Source: a virus (Duplodnaviria > Caudoviricetes). From it: 27,278 nucleotides of DNA. This document shows positions 8,713 through 15,017 of this stretch, in pieces; position 1 is the stretch's first letter, and every line of letters begins with the position of its first letter. The stretch is taken from the IMG/VR virus record IMGVR_UViG_3300029317_000006, positions 1 to 27,278 of that record, one strand, 5' to 3'. The notes under the pieces are model-generated. The model had not been told where the DNA came from. It did no database searches and saw only the letters and a list, made by a program, of their open reading frames with translations. Both the position numbers and the translations under genes were made by a program.

Positions 8713-9552
8713 ATGGGTAGTGAAAGTGACGTAGATAAAAAATATTCATGGAGAGTTAAAGTCATTGCTTCAATGGTTGCAATAATTATTATGACTGCTC
8801 TTAGAGTTTATCAATTAAAGTTCGGTTGGCCATGGCCTGTTTCGTCGCTAGGAACAATCTCTGACTTCGGAGCTTTTGGTGATTTTATTGGTGGTTTAAT
8901 GAATCCACTGTTGCAATTTATTGTTATTGCTATGTTGTTTTGGAGTATTCAAGTACAACGTCAAGAGCTACAAGCAACAAGAGATACATTGGATGCTACA
9001 AAAGTTGAATTATTAGAAACAAAAGAAGCGAACAAGGTTCAAGCAATAGAATTAGAAAAACAAACAAAAATATTATTAACTCAGCAACAAGATGGTTTAG
9101 ATCATATAAAAGTTGATCAAGAACTTGAATTATTAAAGCGACAAAAAACTTTTTTAGAAAAACTACTTTCAAATCAAGTAATGAGTGATGGCAATAGTAT
9201 TCAAAGTATACTTGAAATGAGTAATCCAAAGTCAGTAACTAAGTGGTTTACTTTTTATGATGGCAGAACTAAACATGGCGTACTTGGCAGTAGGATAAAT
9301 GAGGGGCTACAACTTTTTTCTACAGGTGTTTGTGGATTGTTAAAATGCAAAAACATACCATTAAGTTCCGCTTTAGTAGAAATACGCTGGTTAGCTGAAA
9401 TTTTAAATGATTTAGTTCAGATAGAAGTTATTAAAAAGGAGTTGGTAAGCAGCATAGAAGAAAATATAATAAATAGAATTGAAGAGTCATCTTTATCAAA
9501 AGCAAATAAAGTTTTTTTTAGAAACAACTTATCTAACAAAGATTCAAAATAG
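8713..9552 (+). CDS. Accessory (moron) membrane protein, 2 TM + coiled coil + variable C-terminal domain; N-terminus resembles putative abortive-infection (putAbiC-type) proteins
   Basis: GAFGDFIGGLMNPLL...SIQVQRQEL motif; visibly more AT-rich than flanking genes; interrupts the gpG-gpI synteny. Confidence 0.7.
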   Translation: MGSESDVDKKYSWRVKVIASMVAIIIMTALRVYQLKFGWPWPVSSLGTISDFGAFGDFIGGLMNPLLQFIVIAMLFWSIQVQRQELQATRDTLDATKVELLETKEANKVQAIELEKQTKILLTQQQDGLDHIKVDQELELLKRQKTFLEKLLSNQVMSDGNSIQSILEMSNPKSVTKWFTFYDGRTKHGVLGSRINEGLQLFSTGVCGLLKCKNIPLSSALVEIRWLAEILNDLVQIEVIKKELVSSIEENIINRIEESSLSKANKVFFRNNLSNKDSK

Positions 9553-9609
9553 CATTAATCCCCCTGAATCTCAGTAAATAACTTCATAACGCCATACTGG
9601 CGTTATGAA
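9550..9609 (+). promoter_or_regulatory. Putative late promoter 2 (Mu PI equivalent) with 12-bp inverted repeat 9583-9609
   Basis: Second copy of the 158-215 element; CATACT at 9593-9598; directly upstream of the protease gene, as for Mu PI. Confidence 0.8.
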
Positions 9610-10780
9610 AACATTCCTAAACAAAAAGTCACTTACCCAAGGTATCGGCCTAGCCGTTCTAACCAAACAAACAGCAACTAACGTTGCTGTATTAACCTTT
9701 GCTGGTAGTTCAATTGATACCGCCAGTTTAAGTGATGGCAATCGTGTACAAATTCTTCCTGATGGTTACTTCTTGCCTACTGATGGCCGTGACGTTGATG
9801 TTGACGGTGGCCAATGGTTGATGGACGAGCAAGCTTTCGTCTCATTAACGGCAAACATTGCCCAACGTAAAAACGACTTCATGTTTGATTATGAACATCA
9901 AACGCTCTACACCGAAAAAAATGGTAAACCTGCACCTGCAGCTGGTTGGTTTAAAAAACTCGACTACGTACCCGGTGAAGGTTTATTTGCTGTTGATGTT
10001 GATTGGACACCAACAGCTACAAAGCATATTAGCGATAAAGAATATCGCTATACCTCAGCTGTTTTCTCTTATGACCTTAAAACAGGTCGCCCCATTGAAT
10101 TAATGCACGTTGCCTTAACCAATGAACCTGCGCTTGACGGCATGAAAGCTATTACCGCGCTTAAAGCAATTTCAACCAACTCAACTACTAACGAAAAAGG
10201 AGCCGCTATGAACGCAGCAACCCAATTGTTGGCATTACTTGGGGTAACTGTCGCTAGTGATGCTGATATCACTGACGACCAACTTACCCAAGGTACTGTC
10301 GCCTTAAAAGCATTACAAACAAAAGCTGACCTTAGTGGACAGCTTGAAAAAGATTTAAATACCGCACAAACCTCGGTGACAGCACTTAAAGCGAAAGCTA
10401 CTGCAGCTGATGCTTCAGTCGACTTAAGTAAGTTTGTTCCTAAAGAAACTTACGACGCAGCAATCACTCAAGTTGCGGCATTAAAAGCGACAGGTGATAG
10501 CAATTCAGTTGAGCAATTATTAAAAGACAATAGCGATAAGGTATTTGAGTCTGAAATAAGTTACTTAACTGATTTTGGTAAGCAACAAGGCTTTGCTGCC
10601 CTGAAAAGCATGGTTGATTCGCGTCCTGCCATTGCTGCTTTAAAAACTACGCAAACCAGAGGTAAGAAAACACTAGGGGAAAACATTGCTGTGTTAACTA
10701 GCGAACAAAAATACACCGCGGAACAACTTGGACTTAGTGATGAAGACTACCTCACGCAAATTAAACAGGAGACTATATAA
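9605..10780 (+). CDS. Prohead protease/scaffold (Mu gpI-like)
   Basis: DYEHQT, AAGWF, VDWTP, EYRYTSAVF, ALTNEPALDGM; Ala-rich scaffold C-terminus. Confidence 0.92.
   Translation: MKTFLNKKSLTQGIGLAVLTKQTATNVAVLTFAGSSIDTASLSDGNRVQILPDGYFLPTDGRDVDVDGGQWLMDEQAFVSLTANIAQRKNDFMFDYEHQTLYTEKNGKPAPAAGWFKKLDYVPGEGLFAVDVDWTPTATKHISDKEYRYTSAVFSYDLKTGRPIELMHVALTNEPALDGMKAITALKAISTNSTTNEKGAAMNAATQLLALLGVTVASDADITDDQLTQGTVALKALQTKADLSGQLEKDLNTAQTSVTALKAKATAADASVDLSKFVPKETYDAAITQVAALKATGDSNSVEQLLKDNSDKVFESEISYLTDFGKQQGFAALKSMVDSRPAIAALKTTQTRGKKTLGENIAVLTSEQKYTAEQLGLSDEDYLTQIKQETI
10208..10780 (+). CDS. Scaffold protein (Mu gpZ-like) from an internal in-frame start
   Basis: aaaggag-N5-ATG at 10208, in frame with 9605, just after the protease domain. 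Confidence 0.7.
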   Translation: MNAATQLLALLGVTVASDADITDDQLTQGTVALKALQTKADLSGQLEKDLNTAQTSVTALKAKATAADASVDLSKFVPKETYDAAITQVAALKATGDSNSVEQLLKDNSDKVFESEISYLTDFGKQQGFAALKSMVDSRPAIAALKTTQTRGKKTLGENIAVLTSEQKYTAEQLGLSDEDYLTQIKQETI

Positions 10781-11688
10781 TGGCGATCGTTACCCCTGCG
10801 TTAATTACCGCGCTTTTTACTGGCTATAACGCCAATTTTGAAGCGGGTAAATCAGAAGCCCAACCGCAATTTAGTAAAATTGCCTCTGTTATTAAATCAA
10901 CCACAGCCAGCAATACATATGGTTGGTTAGGTAAGTTTCCAAGCTTAGCTAAATGGATTGGTGATCGTAATATTCAGTCAATGAAGGCTCATGGTTACAC
11001 CATCATTAATGAAGATTATGAGTCAACCGTTGGTGTTGATCGTAACGATATTGAAGATGACAACCTTGGTATTTACGCGCCAATATTCAAAGAAATGGGA
11101 CGTGCGGCAGCTATTCACCCTGATGAAGAGTGCTTTCCATTACTCAGTGCTGGTTTTGCTACGGCTTGTTATGACGGTCAATTCTTCTTTGATACAGACC
11201 ATCCTGTAAACCCAGAAGCCGATGGCTCAGGTGTTGATGTTTCTGTGGCCAATGTAGTCGTTGATGGTGGCTATGTGGGCGAACCTTGGTTCTTACTTGA
11301 TACCAGTAAAGCCATTAAGCCGATTATTTTTCAAGAGCGTAAAAAGCCAGCATTAATCAGCATGACAAAAACTGATGATGAAGCGGTATTTATGAGCAAG
11401 CAATTCCGTTATGGCGTTGATTGTCGTGACAAGGCAGGTTATGGCTTTTGGCAAATGGCTTTTGCCAATAAACGCACATTAAATGCGGATAACTTATGGG
11501 ATTGTATTGCAAAAATGCGTGCTTTCACTGCGGATGGCGGACGTAAGTTAGCGATTAAGCCTACGTTACTAGTCGTGCCTGCAAGTTTAGAAAAAACAGC
11601 ACGTCGATTACTTGAACGTGAGTTAGATGGAAACAGCTCTAACGAGTTAAAAGGTCGTGTGGAAATATTAGTAGCTGACTACTTATAG
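10780..11688 (+). CDS. Major capsid protein (Mu gpT-like)
   Basis: NTYGWLGKFP, DIEDDNLGIY, CYDGQFFFDTDHP, KPIIFQER, GYGFWQMA. Confidence 0.95.
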   Translation: MAIVTPALITALFTGYNANFEAGKSEAQPQFSKIASVIKSTTASNTYGWLGKFPSLAKWIGDRNIQSMKAHGYTIINEDYESTVGVDRNDIEDDNLGIYAPIFKEMGRAAAIHPDEECFPLLSAGFATACYDGQFFFDTDHPVNPEADGSGVDVSVANVVVDGGYVGEPWFLLDTSKAIKPIIFQERKKPALISMTKTDDEAVFMSKQFRYGVDCRDKAGYGFWQMAFANKRTLNADNLWDCIAKMRAFTADGGRKLAIKPTLLVVPASLEKTARRLLERELDGNSSNELKGRVEILVADYL

Positions 11689-11700
11689 CTCCCTCTCTTT

Positions 11701-11738
11701 GGTTAGCTTTGTTTGGACGTGACGAAGCTAACCTTTTT
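11701..11738 (+). terminator. Rho-independent terminator/attenuator after the major capsid gene
   Basis: ggttagctttgt-ttggacgtg-acgaagctaacc 12-bp stem (one G-U) followed by TTTTT. Confidence 0.7.
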
Positions 11739-11767
11739 ATTAACGTTACCTTTGGAGTAAAAATGAA

Positions 11768-12238
11768 ATGGCTAAATTATCTCTTCTCGCCGCTGTCATC
11801 ATTAGTGCAATGCACACAGGCTATCGCCGCGCAGGCATTGCGTTTGATAAAGGTGAAAACACCGTTGAAGTTGATGAAGTGCAACTCGCGAAAATTGAAC
11901 AAGATCATAACTTACTGGTGCAATCAACTGAGTCGATTGAGCCAAGTGCGGACAGTTTGTCGCAAGGGAATGTGGACACTGATAGCGTGGGTGAGGGTGT
12001 AAATGTTGTCGGAATTGGTCATATAAACGCTAGTTTGGATGATGTGACACTTGATTTATCACATGCGCCAAAAGAGCTACATGCAATTATTGCCGCGATT
12101 CATGCCAAACAATGCCAAGAGCCTTTAACTAGAAAGCCAAACTGTGATGAGTTTGGTGAATTAAAAGTAAATGGCGCTGACCGTGATGCTGCATGGGTTT
12201 GGTATCAAGATAACGTTATTAATCACGTACCAGGTTAA
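11768..12238 (+). CDS. Mu gp35-like (HI1506-related) protein
   Basis: GYRRAGIAF motif, position after the capsid gene, ggag RBS. Confidence 0.7.
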   Translation: MAKLSLLAAVIISAMHTGYRRAGIAFDKGENTVEVDEVQLAKIEQDHNLLVQSTESIEPSADSLSQGNVDTDSVGEGVNVVGIGHINASLDDVTLDLSHAPKELHAIIAAIHAKQCQEPLTRKPNCDEFGELKVNGADRDAAWVWYQDNVINHVPG

Positions 12239-12243
12239 ATCTC

Positions 12244-12663
12244 ATGTATTGCACTAAACAAGACTTAATAGACAGGTTTGGCCAAGACGAGTTAGTTGAT
12301 TTAACACAGCTTAATAATTCAGGTGTTATTGATGAAACCGTACTTGGTCAAGCTATTACGGATGCTAGTGCTGAAATGGATGGTTACTTAGGTGGTCGTT
12401 ATCAATTACCACTGGACACTGTACCACCAGTACTCAAAGCGCTTTGTTGCAATGTTGCTCGCTATAACCTTTACGACGAACAAGCTAGTGAGCAAGTAAC
12501 CAAACGCTATGATGCGGCTATTAAGTTTTTGTTTAGTGTCTCTAAAGGTGAAATTAGCTTAGGTGTTGATGGTACGGGCAGTAAAGCTACAAGCACTGAT
12601 TTAGCCGACATTCAAAGTGCAGGCAGTGTTTTTGCTCGCAGTAAATCAGCAGGGTTTATCTAA
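12244..12663 (+). CDS. Head-tail adaptor (Mu gp36/gp436, DUF1320-like)
   Basis: MYCTKQDLIDRFG, DASAEMDGYLGGRYQLPL, RYDAAIKFL..G.ISLG. Confidence 0.9.
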   Translation: MYCTKQDLIDRFGQDELVDLTQLNNSGVIDETVLGQAITDASAEMDGYLGGRYQLPLDTVPPVLKALCCNVARYNLYDEQASEQVTKRYDAAIKFLFSVSKGEISLGVDGTGSKATSTDLADIQSAGSVFARSKSAGFI

Positions 12664-12673
12664 GGAATAGCTA

Positions 12674-13111
12674 ATGATTAACAGTGTTATTGCCAAGTTA
12701 ATTGCAGCTCAATTAGACGGTAAACCGCTCTTTAACAAAGTTGAAGAGGCGATTGATTTAAGTAGCTCTATGAAAGGTCGGTTAAAGCCATCACCAGTCG
12801 CTTTTATTATTGAAATTAGTCGTCGCCCTGGTAACAACAGTCGTGAAATGGGCACCGCGCTGCAAGAGGTTACGACCACTATCGGCGTTGTTATAGGCAT
12901 TAGTAAAACTAACGATCCACAAGGCACGAAAGCAAAAACAGCGGTAGCACCTATTTTAGCTGAGACAAGAAAAGCATTATTTGGCTTTAACCCAACAAGC
13001 GAACACTCAAGTCTATTACTAGCCGCTGCTGATACGGTTGGTGTAACAGAACATGCACTTTGGCAGCTAGAGAGATTTACTACCACTCATTATGAAGAGG
13101 CAACACAATGA
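12674..13111 (+). CDS. Putative tail terminator/head-tail connector (Mu gp37-like)
   Basis: Size and position; 'P.AFII', 'RKALFGFNP', 'LWQLERFTT' pattern. Confidence 0.65.
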   Translation: MINSVIAKLIAAQLDGKPLFNKVEEAIDLSSSMKGRLKPSPVAFIIEISRRPGNNSREMGTALQEVTTTIGVVIGISKTNDPQGTKAKTAVAPILAETRKALFGFNPTSEHSSLLLAAADTVGVTEHALWQLERFTTTHYEEATQ

Positions 13112-13296
13112 ACAAGCCATTACCTAACGTAAAGCAACTAAATAACCGTCAAGGCGGCAGTTACACCAAAGACCCTGAAACGGGCAAAACCACCTTGATT
13201 GAACAAACCAAACATCAAGAAATCACGGGTTTTGAGCAACAAGAAGACAAAGCTGCTCAAAGTAAAACATCGGCTAAAAAAGCCCTGGCTAAATAA
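13108..13296 (+). CDS. Small hypothetical protein upstream of the tail tube
   Basis: ATGA overlap with the previous gene, gagg RBS, GGSYTKDPETGK motif. Confidence 0.6.
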   Translation: MNKPLPNVKQLNNRQGGSYTKDPETGKTTLIEQTKHQEITGFEQQEDKAAQSKTSAKKALAK

Positions 13297-13307
13297 GGAT
13301 CTTAACC

Positions 13308-14228
13308 ATGAGATTTAGTGAGAAATTACTCTTAGCAAAAATTGAAACTATTTATGGTGTAGATGCTTCGCCAGGTGCAACAAATGCCATTTTAGCCAAA
13401 GACGTTGAATTAACCCCACTTGAAGCCGAAGCCTTAGAGCGTGGTTTGGTTAAGCCTCATCTTGGCGCTGATGAATCTATCATTAGCGGCGAACACGTAC
13501 TTATTAGCTTTAAAGTCGAATATCAAGGCAGTGGTACGCCAGGAACAGCTCCAGCTTGGAACCCATTAGTTCGTGCTTGTGGTTTTGCTGAAACGATTAC
13601 TGCAGCTACTTCGGTTGAATATGATTTAGCAGCCAATAATTATGAAAGCACCACTATTTATTTCAACATGGGTAAAAACCTTCATGCCATGAAAGGTACA
13701 CGAGGTAATGTCAAATTAACCTTAGAAAAAGGCATCCCTTATTTAGAGTTCAACTTTATCGGCTTATGGGTTGACCCTACCGAGGTTGCTCCTGTAATCC
13801 CTGATTGGACTGCATGGCAAAAACCAACACCAACAGGTGCTGGCCGTACTTCAGGTTTCACTCTTAATGGCTTCGCCGCGAAACCTTACAAATTATCCTT
13901 AGATGTTGGCCAAGACGTTAAGTTTATTGAAACTCTTACCACCCAAAGCATTGACATAAACGAGCGTAAAGCCAGTGGATCAATCAGCATTGAAGCGCCT
14001 GATTTATCGGTTAAAGACTTCTTTAGTGATGCTAAGAACTCAGTCACTGGTGCGCTCTCTATTCAAAATGGTCAAGTTGCAGGTCTCATTTGTAAAGTTG
14101 ATTGCCCGAAAGTGCAAGTTAAGCCACCTAAGTACGGTGATAACGAGGGCACGGCCAGTTTAGATATGGACTTAATTTTAATTCCAAGTGCTGCAGGTAA
14201 TGACGAAATTAAGTTTACTTTAACTTAA
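13308..14228 (+). CDS. Major tail tube protein (non-contractile tail, Phage_tube_2-like)
   Basis: LLAKIETIYGVD, GSGTPGTAP..L.RACG; 306 aa; precedes the chaperones and tape measure; no sheath gene present. Confidence 0.82.
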   Translation: MRFSEKLLLAKIETIYGVDASPGATNAILAKDVELTPLEAEALERGLVKPHLGADESIISGEHVLISFKVEYQGSGTPGTAPAWNPLVRACGFAETITAATSVEYDLAANNYESTTIYFNMGKNLHAMKGTRGNVKLTLEKGIPYLEFNFIGLWVDPTEVAPVIPDWTAWQKPTPTGAGRTSGFTLNGFAAKPYKLSLDVGQDVKFIETLTTQSIDINERKASGSISIEAPDLSVKDFFSDAKNSVTGALSIQNGQVAGLICKVDCPKVQVKPPKYGDNEGTASLDMDLILIPSAAGNDEIKFTLT

Positions 14229-14285
14229 AGCTTAATTCGCACAATCAAGGGCGTTGAAGGCGTAGTTCGCTGGAGTCAGATTGTA

Positions 14286-14299
14286 TGGCAAGGATGCCA
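14286..14299 (+). promoter_or_regulatory. CsrA/RsmA-type hairpin (tggca-AGGA-tgcca)
   Basis: CAAGGATG with GGA in the loop of a 5-bp stem, intergenic. Confidence 0.45.
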
Positions 14300-14301
14300 C
14301 C

Positions 14302-14339
14302 TTTAATCCCTTTTAATGGCTGTTTAATCAGCCTTTAAT
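14302..14339. repeat. Four helically phased TTTAAT repeats
   Basis: TTTAAT at 14302, 14312, 14323 and 14334. Confidence 0.7.
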
Positions 14340-14355
14340 TTTATAGAGAGTTCCC

Positions 14356-14679
14356 ATGTTTACAGTAATGAATAATCCAATTGTGTGGTGGCCTGTTGTT
14401 ATTAACATGCCAATTGATGGTGGTGAAACATCAAAGCACGAAGTCAGTCTGCACTTCGAAATTTTAACCGAAGATGAATATGACGAAATAGCAGTAAAGG
14501 GTGAGAAAGCTATTTTAAAACGTGTCATTAATGCATGGAAGCATATTGATGACATTGATAAAAAGCCCCTTGAATTTACCGAGGCCAATCTGGATATGTT
14601 ATTGAAAAAAACCTTCGTCCATCGCTCATTTATGGTTGGTTATCTCAACGCCGCTATTGGTGAAGTAGTAAAAAACTAA
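14356..14679 (+). CDS. Tail assembly chaperone (lambda gpG analogue)
   Basis: Between tube and tape measure; WWPV...PIDGG, W..I.D...KPLEFT; ends at the slippery site GTA AAA AAC TAA. Confidence 0.82.
   Translation: MFTVMNNPIVWWPVVINMPIDGGETSKHEVSLHFEILTEDEYDEIAVKGEKAILKRVINAWKHIDDIDKKPLEFTEANLDMLLKKTFVHRSFMVGYLNAAIGEVVKN
14670..14676 (+). other. -1 programmed ribosomal frameshift heptamer A AAA AAC
   Basis: X XXY YYZ immediately before the stop; the -1 frame is open from 14676 (LKAAAKDWA...) into the 14739-15017 ORF. Confidence 0.85.
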
Positions 14680-15017
14680 AAGCCGCTGCTAAGGACTGGG
14701 CAGCGGCACCTTTAGTAAAAAACAGCACAATTAAAGAAATGGAAAGTTTAGGCGCACCCAAGGAAATTATCGACGAGTTAACCAAAGTGAAAAGCTTTGG
14801 TGTGTTCCCACAAAATTGGCCTGTCGTAGTGTGGTTTACCCAAGTTTGCGATTTGATGCGCTATCGCACCGACGGAGCATGTTTAGGGCTTGATTTACCT
14901 CAAATTGAGTCAGACGCAAAGTTAAGTGAAAGATGTTTTACCAGTGCGCACTATAACGGCTTGCGCATTATGAGCAAAGCAGCAGCTAGAGCATTGAATA
15001 AGGTAAATGATGACTGA
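14676..15017 (+). CDS. Frameshift extension of the tail chaperone (gpT analogue, DUF1799-like)
   Basis: Open -1 frame; V.PQNWP..WF....R....GLD pattern; overlaps the tape measure start. Confidence 0.75.
   Translation, partial: LKAAAKDWAAAPLVKNSTIKEMESLGAPKEIIDELTKVKSFGVFPQNWPVVVWFTQVCDLMRYRTDGACLGLDLPQIESDAKLSERCFTSAHYNGLRIMSKAAARALNKVNDD

Noticed and set aside
8713-9552. Anti-CRISPR operon
   Set aside because: Position fits, but the gene is a 279-aa membrane protein with no adjacent aca-like HTH gene
11709-12002. 97-aa ORF after the capsid gene
   Set aside because: TTG start lies inside the terminator stem and the ORF overlaps the recognisable gp35-like gene in another frame
14328-14588. 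Minus-strand 86-aa ORF
   Set aside because: Antisense to the tail chaperone, which has the expected motifs and frameshift
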